DNA of 62,064 nt, the filler included, from Rhabdomonas costata (lineage: Eukaryota), in the NCBI GenBank assembly GCA_019059605.1. It is 24 parts of 24 records of this genome, joined end to end, with 100 filler letters (N's around TTAATTAATTAA, not from the genome) between each part and the next. Parts side by side here need not be neighbours in the genome. Positions count along the whole stretch, not along the records: positions 36,280 to 38,769 come from JAHMHO010003179.1; positions 38,870 to 41,359 come from JAHMHO010003180.1; positions 41,460 to 43,948 come from JAHMHO010003181.1; positions 44,049 to 46,535 come from JAHMHO010003182.1; positions 46,636 to 49,124 come from JAHMHO010003183.1; positions 49,225 to 51,712 come from JAHMHO010003184.1; positions 51,813 to 54,301 come from JAHMHO010003185.1; 17 more parts are not named here. One strand, 5' to 3'. Every line of letters begins with the position of its first letter. The first letter of the stretch is position 1. Shown piece after piece: positions 38,391 to 52,258 of the stretch. The notes beneath the pieces are model-generated. The model searched no databases. It was not told the DNA's origin and worked only from the letters and a program-made list of their open reading frames with translations. The position numbers and the translations under genes are program-made.

Positions 38391-39622
38391 GTGACCCACC
38401 CTTCCCATTTGTTGATGCAATCACGCACACTTTGTTCTAGTGCTTTCCGCGGGGAAAAGACCACGGAAAATCACAACAAAAAGGACAAACGTCTTCAGGT
38501 GCAAGCCGGTTTCTGTCGGTCCTGACTAGAACACATATAATACATAAGTGACCGACTGAGAGAGGATGAGAGCCGCGGGAAACAGCATGGCTCGAGGAAA
38601 CAACCATGCACGCACGCACACACACACGGCAACGAGGAACTGGCCACGGAGGTGTTCAAGGCAGTGCATCAGGCCCAAGAGACCCTCGAGGATCCAGCGA
38701 AGCGAAAGGAATATGACGCGCGACGGACCGCATCGACAAGGGCAGAAACAGAACGAAGCCCACCAACCCNNNNNNNNNNNNNNNNNNNNNNNNNNNNNNN
38801 NNNNNNNNNNNNNTTAATTAATTAANNNNNNNNNNNNNNNNNNNNNNNNNNNNNNNNNNNNNNNNNNNNTGCTTGGGGTAACATGCCCAATGTTGTTGTT
38901 GTTGTTGTTGTTGCAAGGGTGACATTTTGGGAAATCGCCGGTCGAGACGTTATTTTAGGCGCAGAGGCCACGGCGTGAACGGATAAGTCGGTGACGTGCC
39001 CTGTGTAGTGGGGGGGGGGGGCATGCAAACAGAATAAAATTGGACTTTTGATGTTGTTGATGGTGAACACCGAACGACACGGAGGCTAGGTGAACTGTGC
39101 CAGCACTAAGCAGCTGATGGTGTTTTGTCGAAAGGGGGGGTTTGGTGTACTCTGCGATTGCCCCCGCACTGGGAAATTCGACCGTTTAACGGCGTCCAGC
39201 GTTTAACAACCCCTCCCCCAAAAATAATGCAATAGCGCTGTCCCCTAACTCCGATATTCTTCCGCCGCTGCAACGGCTGCCCCATTGTAGTGTGCACAGC
39301 CCGTTGAAAGCCATTAGTCCGGCCCCGTTCACCATTGGTGTGGGGTGAAGGGCGGGATGAATTTTGTTGTGCATCCGTTGTGGGTGCCGAGGGTGAACTC
39401 TCCGCTGCGCTGGGGCAAGAAGCAGCGCAAAAAGAAATATGACAGTCAGTGTCGCAGTGTCGCCGAGGGGCAATTCTGCCTGCCGAGGCTTAAAGGTCAG
39501 GAACCCTGAACGAATAACCAACCACGCAGCCGTGAGGCCTGCTGTGTGTGCGGAGACCCCAGGGCTGCTTTGGCTTTGCCCTCCGATTCATTAAGTTGTA
39601 TTAGGTTTTGTTATGTTATGTT

Positions 39623-39728
39623 TGCTCTCTCCTGTTTTGTGTTTGTGCTGTCCTCCTTTGCCCTCCTGTCCAGAATGCTCTCTCCTGTTTTGTGTTTGTG
39701 CTGTCCTCCTTTGCCCTCCTGTCCAGAA
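39623..39728 (+). repeat. Perfect 2 x 53-bp tandem duplication of a pyrimidine-rich splice-acceptor region
   Basis: TGCTCTCTCCTGTTTTGTGTTTGTGCTGTCCTCCTTTGCCCTCCTGTCCAGAA at 39623-39675 and 39676-39728. Confidence 0.95.
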
Positions 39729-39742
39729 TCTCAAAGCAGGAA

Positions 39743-39960
39743 ATGGGTTGCGCTCTCAAGTACCTCAACCGCGAGCTGGAGCTCGAGGAGTTGTTCTGCA
39801 TCAGCAGCGACCTGGGCTCGTCCTCGGCGTCCGAGCAGGAGGGGTGCGACACCCTTTCGGTGTCCGTCGGACCCGCAGAGATGCTCCAGCCGCAGCTCAT
39901 TGACGTCCAAACCGACTCCTGGGTGAGCGACCTCTTTGCGGAGTTCGCGGCGGTACACCT
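39743..39960 (+). CDS. First coding exon (or short CDS) of a protein starting MGC, a candidate for N-myristoylation/palmitoylation
   Basis: ATG lies just after the polypyrimidine-AG. The frame MGCALKYLNRELELEELF... has GC-rich codons and ends at a GTGAG donor (39961). Confidence 0.55.
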
Positions 39961-42136
39961 GTGAGTTTGATCGCTCATACGTGGAACGGTGTAATGTTGA
40001 CAATATCGAATCCGATTTCGAAGTTCGCGTTTACCTCATCGTTGTTTAGAAAGGACAAGGGGCGGTTGAGACGCCTTTCTTTCCGGGATGAAATAGGTCC
40101 TTCTCATTTTTGTGTGCCGTTGTGTCGCTTTCGTGAAATTTTGGCTGGTTTCCTGTGCTGAGAGGCAGGACTGTATATTGGTGTGGTGCTGTTGGGAAAC
40201 CCTGTGCTGCAATCGAGCCAAGGAGGCATACTTTTTCACCGCCTCACAGGAAGAAGCGCTTCGGGAAGCAGGTAGAATATTTTGGTAAGGTTCGCTCAAA
40301 AGTTTGCTTTTGAGGCTCTCTGAGTTGCCTCGCTCCGCTCCACAGAAGGACAGGAAGCACCTCAATATGGAGGAATTCACGGCTGCCGCAAAGCGACACC
40401 CCTTTCTTCTCACGCTAAGCTCGAGGTGTGCTGTTCCTCTGTTCCCTGACCGCTCTCGAAGAGACTGTGTGTGAAGATATTTGTCTCTTGTGGTGACTCA
40501 ACTGACAAGCAGAGAACCACAGCCGGCATCACCCAGCACTTGAGAAGAAAGCACAGGAATGACAAAAAACCAAGGTATTTTCTTCCCCCGAACTTCTTGG
40601 ATGCTACAAGTTTTCTAGAATTTGGTTGCACACGCGCCTAAGGCGTTTCCGTATTCGCTGTGGCATATTGCTGTGACGGTTTAACCTGCAGTGTAGTTCA
40701 TTGTTACATTGCCCGGTTGACACAGCAAAAGCAACTGCGGTACAGCGTCGTGAAAGGACTCCGAACGGAGGCACACGCACACGCACACTTGCGCTTGTTG
40801 CCTTTTTCAAAAGGCCCAGTTACGAAGAGACCTTTCGCGCTGGTTATGGGGAGATGTTGGCGAATCCAGCCCTGTCTAGACTGAAATTAAATTTCTGGCG
40901 CGGCGTAGCTCGCGACGGAACTTGTTTACCCAAATAGTAGGGGCATATTAAGGGGGTAAGGTGATGGGAGCAAGTTTGAAATGCGAAAGGATAAGTGCGG
41001 CAGACGCCCACAGTCTGGCAAAAACACAAAACGTACAGAACTGCAGAGCGCGACCTTCCTTCCCCGTACCTCTGTTTGACCACGAGGGTCGTTTCCAGTA
41101 GTACTGAGCTTTTCCATGAGACTGGAGATATGCCCCTTGAGGTGCTTGGTTTTAAAGGGGCTCGGGCCAGGGAGAGAATTCCAGCTTTGACGAATCAGAT
41201 CAGGCCCGCTGTCGGCTTTTCAGGTTGCTGCTCAAGGGCCCAGCGAGCTTCCTGCTTGGGGGATAACTTGGCCTGCACCCCGATTCTCTTTTCCACCGTA
41301 TGTGGGTGGCCATACCCTTTCCAACGCCCAAAATTGCTGTCCTGCCCCCCCACACCCCCNNNNNNNNNNNNNNNNNNNNNNNNNNNNNNNNNNNNNNNNN
41401 NNNTTAATTAATTAANNNNNNNNNNNNNNNNNNNNNNNNNNNNNNNNNNNNNNNNNNNNGTGTTTGTATGTGTGGGTGGGTGGGGAACCGACCTTCGGGG
41501 GTCGACTGGGAACCCCCAGGAGGCCTGCACCCCACTGGCGACCCACACGACCTCCACCCACTCCGGGGGATTCTTCGAGGACGCGCTCAAAGTGAGCCCC
41601 ACTCGCAGGGAGGGCGGAAGGGTGTAGCGGGCTGGCCCAGAGATGGGCCCAGGGCCACTAAGCGCCAGGCTCAGCGAAGGGAGAGCAGCCTGGCAACGAA
41701 AGGCGATGGGCGATGCTTTAGGGTGAGTGAGGAGAGGCGGAGAAAAGCAGTTCCAAGCTCATTTGGGGGTTCGATGTTTTTCCGGAGAGGGCACAAGGCG
41801 GCATCGGCCAGTTGCTACCGCCTGCACCGGCTTATAGTCAGGGAGCACCCGACATGGTTTAATAGAAGCCTCAATTTCAAACAACCATCCGAAGGCAGGC
41901 CGCCTTTACCCATAGTCTGGATTGGAGAGCAAGCAACGAAAGGGCCGAAAACAGAAAGAAGTCAACGGCGATTGCGCTTAGAAAAACACAAGGACAAAAG
42001 TGGACGGGGTGGTTGGGAAGGGAGGATGAGCCAGGGAACGCGAGCAGCAAACGATCAGGGCATCACACCTCTGGTGGAACAAAGGGGCAATCTGTGCCGT
42101 TCTGGTGCGGTTTGGTACTCCAGAGGGAGTTGGCGG

Positions 42137-43918
42137 TAACATAAGTGGCCAGGTTGGGGCAAGCTGTCTGGCACGACTGCATCATGGCATCCCACTGCCC
42201 GCCACAACCCAGAAAAGTGTCTGGAGGCAGGCACTTCAGGTCACACCAGAACGACTGCACAGAGGGAGCGGAGGTGAAAGGGAAAAGAGGGGGCACACCT
42301 TGTTTCAACAACCCCAAACAACTTGATATTGCCCGCAATTTCCATTCAGCACCGGGGAAAAGCACACGGATACGGATACATTGATACAACCCCCCACCCC
42401 CTCCTCCGACCCTAAACTCAAGGAAATACAGCGTCCGACGCCCTTACCCACACCTACGCTATTCCACAGCATCGATCTGACCTTGTTCTTCTGGAGGATA
42501 GGTAAATCCATCCGCAGTAGTTAGTTTCGAACCGGAGGGACGACCGAAGAGAACGGATGCGTCCATAAAAAAAATCGAAGGCCTTCCTGCCATGGAAGAT
42601 GCCATTCATGACAAAAAACTGTTAGAAGAGATGACACGGGACACGGGGCATGGAACAAATGGGGTAGGAGTGGGTTGAAGTGGAAGGAAGCACGCAAACC
42701 ACAAACTGGTTGCGACAGGTCAGTCGAAGTGACAATGTGACAGCGTCCAGACGCGGCGTGAGAGGGCACAGCGTGGAGTAGTCCGGGGCAGCGGGCTGCG
42801 CGGTGCACGAGCCCTCGACCCCAACTAGAAACCAGCACAACCCAGAGAGCCCTCGGTTCAACCGCAGGGTTTGGGTCGCTGCAGAACAGCGATGTGCGAT
42901 GGGTGCGGTCGATCATGTAGGCGCGCAGTCAAAGCAGACCAACCACTAGAAAGCTCTTCAAATCCTTTATTGCCATACCATCTCCGAGACTATCGCCAAT
43001 AACTGTCGCCATCGAAAAGTATAACAATTTTTCACCCTGATACGAACGATGAAAACAAAAGTACGTAATTGAAGATAAAAACCCCTTGTGGTCGGAACCA
43101 GTGTTCATTTCCAGCGACCGAAACAGACGCAAAGGGAAAAAGGCGGGAGAGATTACAACCATGCCTGAGGTCGAGCGAGTGAAAGTCAGAGACGACGTCC
43201 GCGATGTATGGGAGGGTGTGCACGTCGGGGAGGTGGTAGGACTTGATGTTGGGGTGGAAGTGGGGCTGGCTGTGGGGGTGAACGTGGGTGTGGCCGTGGG
43301 CGTGAGGCTGGAGGTGAGGGTGGCCGTCAGCGTCGGGAACAATCCCCTCCCGCTTACGTCACTACTACCGCTTCAATCATTCAATTCGTAAGGTCTACCC
43401 CGGATGGACCCTCCCTAAGACATCATCTGGCATGCGCGCGTTTCTATGCATACAGAAATCGCGTTTCGGAACGCCCACTGCACATAGAAAAGCCCCCCGC
43501 ACCTGCTTCGACGTTGCCCTCTACCTTTCTTTCGTTGAAAGATAGAACATCCAGGAATTGCTTGTTCTTCTTGAACCTACGATTCAGCCCAGAAAAATTC
43601 ACCTCATAAAAACAAGGATATGCAAGAGACATGCAAGAGACATGCTGCGAAGGCATCATAGAAAGGGAAATATTTGATGAAAGAGCGACAATATACAGCC
43701 CATACAGCGGGTAGGGTTGTGGCGGCGGGGAAGAACTTCGGTGAGGGCCCGGTACCGCTCCCCCTCGCGCAGCCCATCGCGCAGCAGCTTCTCCACGTAT
43801 GGCAGGGGGCGGAAGCATACCCCGTCCAGCAGCCGCCAGTTCGCCTCGGGCTGCAGCTCCAGTTGCACATTCTCGTTTCCGCACGCCAGGGGTGGCTGCC
43901 CCTGGACGTCCTTCAGAT
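42137..43918 (-). CDS. Multi-exon unknown protein with a Thr/Ser/Pro mucin-like tract and Cys-rich exons (likely secreted or surface)
   Basis: Exons include LKDVQGQPP...NPTR (from 43918) and TLTATLTSSLTPTATPTFTPT...TS (ending 43165 at a GC donor, phase-compatible with the exon at 42878). SFWCDLKC...CQTACPNL follows. Confidence 0.45.
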
Positions 43919-44116
43919 CTGAGAGGAAAGACCAGACTACACCACCCCNNNNNNNNNNNNNNNNNNNNNNNNNNNNNNNNNNNNNNNNNNNNTTAATTAA
44001 TTAANNNNNNNNNNNNNNNNNNNNNNNNNNNNNNNNNNNNNNNNNNNNGTGTTTTTTGTTTGAATTCCTATTTTTTATGTAATCGCTTTCAGTTGTTGCG
44101 GGTTTTGGATCGCCAG

Positions 44117-46471
44117 GTTCTAGGCCAGGGCGCCTTTGGCGCGGCAGTGCTGTGCCGGGATCGTCATGACGGGGCGCTGTACGTCGCCAAGGAGGTCAAC
44201 TTGGCCTCCATGAAGCCCGCAGAGAAGCAGGAGGCCAAGAACGAGGCATGCCCGCGTTCTCGTTCGGCGTTTTCGTGTGCACATATTCGTGTGCTGGCAG
44301 AGATGGAGTTCTTCGGTGTCTTGTTCAGATGCAAATTGGGCACACCGGAGGCAGATGCTGCATTGGCTGGTGGAGAGGAGGCCCTTGACAGTGTGGACTG
44401 GTGCATTCGTTGTAAAATGGGGAAGCCGCTTGCTTCTGTGCAGTGGAAAATTTTTGAAATCTTGTTGTTATTTTTGATTGAAATTGCAGTGCAAATGTCG
44501 CAAGATTTTCTTTTGTGAACTATATTGTTCTTGGTGCGAGGGGCTTTCTGGACCTATGGAGCGATACTAATTTGAGGCAGACCTGAAGGCTTGCACCACA
44601 ACATAGTAAGTTGGCGGGCCACCGAAGTGGAAGTGCAGTGCTCTTGTTCGTGGCCTGCCCACAACTGACAGTGCCGGACTACACCGCACCCTGACTCACT
44701 AACTCAGGTGCAGATCCTGGCCCGGCTGGACCACCCCAACATCACTCGGTTTGCAGATGCCTTTGAGGTGAACCAAGTCCTGTACATCGTGCAGGAGTAT
44801 GCCGACGGGGGTGACCTCTGGGCGATGTATGTTCCCTTCCATACGCTTCTGCCCTCGGGTGGTAGAGGGGGGGCGGGCACCGACACCTGACACCAGTTCC
44901 AAAGGAAGGGTTTGATGGCACCGATATCGGTGAGCATTCCGCACTTGAGGTTGCGGAAGGGATCGGGTATGCGATCGATTGCGTAAACTGACCATTTTTT
45001 TGCTTTTTGCTGAAGTTGAAGGGATAGCGCAGCAATCGCAGCACAGCAGAATAGCGGCTAAGGGAAAGAAAGCAGCAAACTTGGATGGGCCGCATGGTGG
45101 GTATGTGCACAGTGGATTTTTTTTGGTAATGGACCTTTTTTTTACCAGGATCCAGCGGCAGGGCCAACAGCTGCTGACAGAGGAGCTGGTGTTGCATCTC
45201 TTCGTGCAACTTTGCTTGGCGGTGTGTGCATTTGGTGGGTTGGTTGCTCAGCATATGCACGTGCTCTTTAAGAAGTGTGTTCCTGCATCGGAAAATTTCA
45301 GTGATACCTTTTGTGTGTCAAACGATAATGAAAACGATTGCACGATGAATTTATATTCTCCTCGGTGTGACCTTTGTATTGCTGTACTTTTATGCGTTCC
45401 ACCCTGGATCTGGGGGTTCTGTCCACTTCCATTGCACCCATACCCATCCTCTCCCTTGGCTCCCATATCCCTGTAGTGTCCCCAAAAGTTTTTTCTCTCT
45501 CTCTTCCTTGTAATCAAAAAGTTTTTAGCCTTCGAATTATACTGGCTTTCTCTTCAACCTCCGGACTGTTTCGTTGCTGAGCATCGGCTCGGGGCTGACA
45601 TTTCCATCGCAACCCCGTCTCACACAGATCAATCACCTGCACAGCCAGAAGGTCCTGCACCGGGACCTGAAAAGCCAGAATGTCTTTCTCACGGTATGTC
45701 TGGTTGTCTACGTCTGGCCCGTGTCCTTTGTCCTCGAAAGCCACCTGATCTTTTCCTGCAGGACGTCCAAACCTGAGCCCCTAAATCAAAGCATCACAGC
45801 AAGCGCATCTAAGATGCGCTGTCACCTCGCGCTCAACTTTCAAAATTTTCATGGGCTCATAGCGTTGGCCGTGGCTGCGCCTAACCTGAAACATCGACTT
45901 CACCTTTGGATCTTTTTAATTCTACCAGAAGGCTGTCCCCCTTCCTCTTTTGGCTAAAGAGTTTGCTTTCGTGCTTATGCGAATGGTATGTGCGCTTTTT
46001 CTGCTGAAACATTTACACCGTTTTTGTATCCGAAATCGGCAATTGAACTCCAAAAGTCAAACTCAAAACGAACATCAAGAAAGGGCGTTAAAAAATGTCA
46101 AATCTGAAGGAAAAAACGTTTCTTGGAAGGAGTTTTCTTTTCGCTGTTCTCCCAATTCCTCCGTTGCCCCGCACAGAAAGCAAACATGGTGAAGCTGGGC
46201 GACTTTGGCATATCCACCGTCCTGAAGCACACCACTTCCCTTGCCCACACCAAATGCGGTGCGCTGCTATGAAAGGGCAGAGAGGGAAGCTCATCTAAAT
46301 GCTTGCCGAATAATATTCCAATTTTGCTTTCCCATGCATTTCCAACTAAGTCAGGGATTGTGCTACTGCTCTGGAACGACAGTGGTGTTTTGCTGCTCTC
46401 CTCTCTGTGTCTGTCTCTGACTCTGTCTATCTCTTTCTTCTATAGGAACGCCTTACTACTTCAGCCCCGAG
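44117..46471 (+). CDS. NIMA-related (NEK) Ser/Thr kinase, partial (exons 44117-44245, 44708-44826, 45149-45221, 45628-45693, 46177-46258, 46446-46471)
   Basis: GQGAFG, YVAKEV, NEVQILARLDHPNI, EYADGGDL, HRDLKSQNVFL, VKLGDFGIS and CGTPYYFSPE all splice in frame. The first intron is GC-AG. Confidence 0.95.
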
Positions 46472-47911
46472 GTCTGCTTCGTTCCCTTCGCCAACTCCAC
46501 CGCCACCTCCACCACCGCCTTCCTCTTTTGGCAATNNNNNNNNNNNNNNNNNNNNNNNNNNNNNNNNNNNNNNNNNNNNTTAATTAATTAANNNNNNNNN
46601 NNNNNNNNNNNNNNNNNNNNNNNNNNNNNNNNNNNTGTTGGTTTTATGCGTTGCATACCTGGGGCCTTTACTTTTGCACTTGCCCCTGTGTGCTTGCCAT
46701 TGCTCTCCTTTGAATCACTTGGGCGATCCACTGTCACCTTTTCTTTCCCCCGTCTTTTTCTTCTGCGAGGGGGGAGGGGCAGATGCACAGCAATCCCCAT
46801 TTTGGCCTACAGTTGGCCAGTTCACCTCTATTGTCCCAGCTGCGTAAAGGCGCCCGCGTGTCCGAGTGGGCTTTCAGAGCATGGTGAGTGCTTGCACTTG
46901 CCTGTACCGTCCCGACAGCGGCCTAATGCTCTTTTTCTGGGGCCTTTGCCCACCGAAACTTTGCAGGGGTAGTTGTCGCCAAAGTTTTCAGATGGCTGTC
47001 CCTATCCCTTTGCAGCCTTCCTTTGCCTGTCGCCTTGTATGTCGTCCTTCCTTGGTTAACCTTCTAGAGATTTTCCTCTAGCGAAACTCTCTCTGTCTCT
47101 GTGCATTACTTTTTTTGGTTTGTGTGATTGAGTTTGTTGGGCAGGAGTCCATGCAAGAAGAACCCAGAGGATGTGTTTGTGTGGAACCCCCACTTGTTCG
47201 CTATGATGCGAAGGGGTAAGGATGCGGCTTGGGGCACCGAAGGCGAGAACGACGGGAGGGCGAGGCGTGTTTCTCGCATGGATTTGCGTAGAAATCGGCT
47301 GATATGGAATAGTTTATTATTGTTTTCGCAAGAGTATTTGTGCCTTGCGTGCTGACTAGCATGCCTACACAAGTATGGGGTATGTACCAGTCCATCCCTG
47401 TGTGCAGGGCGTTAGTTGGTATTTGTTTATTACGGATTTGGTAATGGTGGGCTCTCATTTGCATTCTGATCCAAAAATAAAAATCAGTCCTGAACCAAAA
47501 TTAATCCAGCTGAAAGAGTGTGCAATAAATCAGGCGTTTTTGGACTTACAAGCTAAAATGGGTGGTGAAAAACCTGTCCCAGTGCATGGTTCCAGCACAT
47601 GGCGTCGCGCTTTTCTTCCAAGCTAATTTTCAACCGCCTACTGTCACCTCTTGCTCCTGATGTGACGCGGGCCATAATGGTAAAGTTAGCTTAGAATTGC
47701 AGCGCCCCTTGTTTGGCGCCTGACTGATGGTATCCTGAAACTATGTCCCTCGATTTCTCTTCAGGCTCTCGGATTTCTGAATTTTCCCGCAACGGCGAGA
47801 GCCTCGAGAGAGAGTGTCAGCTGCCTGAAAGGTGAAGTCTGTCGGATTGTTGCTTCTGTGGGAGAAAAAGAAGACTGAGAGATGGCCGAGTCGATCACGC
47901 CAACACACCAG

Positions 47912-48857
47912 CTGCCCATTCTAATGATGCCCTCCACCGGTTCCGGTACGGTCAGCTCAGCCATGATGGGCACCGCTGAAATATCCTCCGCCACGATTGC
48001 GAACGGAGCCGACCTGCTCATGCCCACCCCGGAGAATGTCGGGCTGGAGGATCTCAGCAACCTGCCGGAGTACAAGGTGTCCTCGTAGAAGGGACACTTG
48101 GCGTTCTGTGTTGTTTGTGTGTGACCTCCAAATTTTGCAGGAAGGTGCTGTTTTTATGCGGTACAACGATGTTTTTTTATACCGCTTAACATCCCCCTCC
48201 CAAAGTGCCCCTACCTTGACATGAGCCTAGTTTATATTGGGGGTTTTTGTAGTGTTATGAGCAACGAAAGTTAGTCAAGGCTACTTTGCGGTTTCTATTC
48301 GTGCCTATGAGGATTCCACCTTTCTCCTTCCAAAAGGAGACAGATGGGGCGGAGCTTGGAAAATGACCTCCCAGGGGGTACAGTTTTGCAAACCGGGAAC
48401 AACGCCAATTTACCTTCCACCTCAAGTCACATCACTGGATATAAAGAAAGCAAACAGTGGCTTGCATTCAGTAACCCCCTTTTTTGAGCTGTGACTGTTT
48501 TAGACAATCGGCGAAAAGCAAAGTAGGCAATACTGCTCAACTTCATTTGTATATGCTGTTCAGAAATGTTCCCTTTGTAAATTAGTGCCCGGGCAATAGT
48601 GCACACCACACAAACTGTCCTGCCGCCTGCTGCGGATCCTCCCTACCTTCATCGCCCTCATCATCAGCTGAACTCGGTGTACTGGAAGCGCGTGGCCCGC
48701 GTACTGTCGCTGGGGCTGTCCACCCCGTTTTCCGAGCCCCTTCTCTGGGCCGTAGTGGCCCTCAACGTCGCCGCTCAGGTCGCCGGGGGATACGTCGCCC
48801 AAATGATCTTCTACTTCTCCGCCACAGGAAGCGGGACGGCCGACCCTGGGATCTCAG
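47912..48857 (+). CDS. Membrane protein exons, possibly the N-terminus of an ABCD-type ABC transporter
   Basis: Exon ending ...NLPEYK|GT (48076) joins 48668-48857 LNSVYWKRVARVLSLGLSTPFSEPLLWAVVALNVAAQV..., which resembles the ABCD start of the TM domain. It ends at a GC donor. Confidence 0.4.
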
Positions 48858-49293
48858 GCTGCCTCGGTTTTCCGCCTGTTCCTTTCTTTCAGTTCCCTCT
48901 TCCGGGATTTTTCTTCCATAATTTTTTCTGAGGTCCTCTGGGTGGAATCCTTCCATTAATTCTGCTCGCACGTGAGACCGAGGAACTCGTCGATCAGAGG
49001 AGTCAAACACCCGCTGGTCCATTGCAGTGTCTACCCGCGAACGAACTGCGCCTATTCGCTCAGCTGACTTCTTCCAACTTCTCTCTCGCTTGCATCCGTA
49101 TTTCCTGTGAACTCCCAACCCAACNNNNNNNNNNNNNNNNNNNNNNNNNNNNNNNNNNNNNNNNNNNNTTAATTAATTAANNNNNNNNNNNNNNNNNNNN
49201 NNNNNNNNNNNNNNNNNNNNNNNNGGTTTGGTGGGTTATGGCTGTTAGATTGCTTGTTGGTTGGTGGCTCACCCTCTTTTACCTGCGTTGCAG

Positions 49294-50325
49294 GTGTGTA
49301 GCTCGGTTTGACCACCATTGCTTCTGGATCGGCACGTGTGTCGGGGAGTACAATCACAGTCGCTTCTGGTGGTTTCTGATCGTGACCTTTGTGATGCTCA
49401 CTTTCGCGGAGGTTTGCTGCCCTTTTGGGTGGAAAGTTTGGTAAATGGATGCGAGCCTTACTACGCTCAGCGACGAGCGTTGCTGGGCGCTTCCTTGCAT
49501 TGTGTTTCTGGTTCGGGGGTCCAAATTGCATTTCCAGCACATCGCGAAAGTGCAATCATATAGTGTGTACCAAACTTATTAGCACATGGAAAGTGGCTGG
49601 GACTTAGGGGCTTTGGCCTCCTCCCCCCCCCTTCGTTGTCCCAAACATACCGAGCCAGTGCAACTTTCGTCTTTCGCCCTCTGCTTCCCTGCGAGTCCAA
49701 TGGTTTCAACAGCTGAGTGGCCTCTTTCCTGGCGGATTTTATGCTTGTGAACTGGGGTCATCGTTCAAAAAAAAAAGAGCCGTGTTGAGTGGTTTTCGGG
49801 GCGGCAAGCACGCACAACAATAATCGACGGGATTGAATGCGGCTTTCACGTTCAAGTGGGTAGTGTGGAAAAGGAGTTGCATTTAGTCAGCGGCTCCTTT
49901 TCTATGCCTGCACGTGCGCAACTACAAACAAATTCTGTCCCACTCCCCCTCAACCTTTTTTCGCTGCCTTTGTGCTGCTATTCGTCATGGACGTTGGACG
50001 CTGGGCATTGACCCATGCACGCTTGGATGCTGTCACTTACAGCTTATCCTCTGGGATTCGATGAGGGCCCCTATAAGCGCGCAGCTGGGGGAGGGCCAGC
50101 CCCTTCCGCGGCGCCACGCCGTCTTGGTGTCGCCATGGCTGCGGGCCAACGCGCTGGCGCTGGTTCTATTGATCATTGTGGGGCTGCTCTGGGTGTTCAT
50201 GGTCAGCCTAGTGGTCAGCCACAGCCTGCTGGTGGTGACCAACCAGACAAGCTGGGAGTGGGTGAAGAGGCATCGCATACCTTACCTGCAGCACCTCCCG
50301 ATGAGCGCACTTCCCTTTGACGAAG
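49294..50325 (+). CDS. DHHC palmitoyltransferase, partial (exons 49294-49411, 50043-50325)
   Basis: CVARFDHHCFWIGTCVGEYNHSRF, TM helices, NQTSWE (TTxE-like) and PFDEG (PaCCT-like). GT-AG phase-0 intron. Confidence 0.95.
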
Positions 50326-50427
50326 GTAACGCTTGGCCACCCCCATTAACTAATCTGGTTTCTCCAACCGCCCTCTCCCCACACCCCTGGTTTCTGCGCA
50401 GTATTGTTTACTTGAAAAACCAGATGA

Positions 50428-50458
<31 letters not shown>

Positions 50459-52258
50459 CCCTGTAAGCGCCTGATCATCCATCCCAACAGAGAGAGTGGG
50501 AAGGAGGCAATTCCTGTTTGACATGTGTTACTTGAACTGCGTTCCGGATCCCAGAAAATGGGCCTGTCTCAACGTTTTCGTTAGAAAGCCCCCTCTCCCC
50601 GGCTGACTTTGCAGACCTTCCCATCACTCAAAAGGTAGAATTCTTCCTCCTCTTCTCTTGTTCGTTCAAGCTCGACTTGAGTGAGCAGAGAGACTTGCTG
50701 GAACTGGTTCAGTTGTGGCACTGGGAACTGCCGAAGAATGGCTTGAGAACCTGCTGAACTGCGCACTGGCTCTGTTCGGGGTTATTCTCTGATTCTATTA
50801 CTTTCTGGGGTTATCTTCTTCCAGGAGTGTGCCAGAACATTTGGTACTTCTTCATGCAATCCCGAAGACAGTTCCCACGGCGCTGGAGTTTCCGCCCCGA
50901 TCTGGGGCGGTTTGGCCAGTACCAAACCTTCAATGTTTTCTCCAACGAGTACTACTCCTGCTGCTGAGATTTCTGTCGGCTCCTGCGAGGCCTTGGGAAA
51001 GCCCAACTGTAGTGCTCGGCTGTAGTTTTTGTGTACTGCGTGGCATTGTGGCTTTTCAGTCTGAGGTCGGAGCATCCTTCACGATGCACCTCGTACAGCC
51101 ACGATGTTTGTTGACATTCGAACGATTTCATCGGCAGTGGCGGAACTTTCATGTGCTGTACAAGATGTAATCTTTCTGGCGTTTTTCTGGACGTGCTGGC
51201 ACTTATGTACCGAAATAATGAAATTGTCGATCTGGCACCGTTGCGTTTAGAAAATCCCTTGCTGGAACCACAATGCAGTGGGAAGGGCCAAGCCGATAAC
51301 AGATTGAGCACATCACTGTCGCTGTTGTAAAGGGTGGCAGCACAGAAAGGAGGGGGTCCCTGTGGTGAGTACGCAATGGGCATGATGACTGTCCAACGCC
51401 TGATGTTTCCGACCCGTGAGAGTCGCGATGCCTCTTGTTACTGTGCCCAACGATGCACTGGAGAATCAAGACTTGCCACCATCCCTTGTGTTGGTTGGAA
51501 TGCTGTGATGATTACGAGGGCTTTCTGTCCTGCACTGCCTTTCTTCCGAAGTAAAGGAGAGCGCTTTTCTCTGAGCTGTTGACTTCAGTCAGAACCATGC
51601 CTGAGTGTCTGAGCCGTGACGAGAAGTGGCTGTCCGTCCAGGATGTGTTCTGGCTGCTGAACGACCTTCCAGAGAACCAGATGGTGGTAAACTTCTGCTT
51701 CCACACACAACCNNNNNNNNNNNNNNNNNNNNNNNNNNNNNNNNNNNNNNNNNNNNTTAATTAATTAANNNNNNNNNNNNNNNNNNNNNNNNNNNNNNNN
51801 NNNNNNNNNNNNGGGGTTTGGTGAGCAGCACGGGCTGCAGCCTCTGGTAGTCCCCCTGGGGAGCTGGGGGAAGCGCGCCGTTACTCGGCCTACTCGTTGT
51901 TTGATCACCGAGAGCTTCAGGTTCTGCATCCACCTCCGCAGCAATCTCAATGGAAGGGCGCCAGTAGGGCGCGCTGCCCGCTGCCACGTGTTCTTGTCCT
52001 GATTATTGCGCCCAGCTTTGGAGACCGTTCTGCGGGCAGGGCGACTTGTCTGCCCTCCACCTCCACCACGGCGGCCTGTCTGTTTGCCGTTTCTTGTTTG
52101 CTGCTTGTTCTGCTGGTGTTCGTTCACTGAAATGTGGTGACGCAGTGCCGTGCCGCGCCATTTCAAAAAAAAATCCGATAAACAATTAATCCGTTGCTTT
52201 ATTTTATCTCAACAGCTCTATGAGACAAAATTAAAACCCGACAGGAGTCGAGGAGAAC

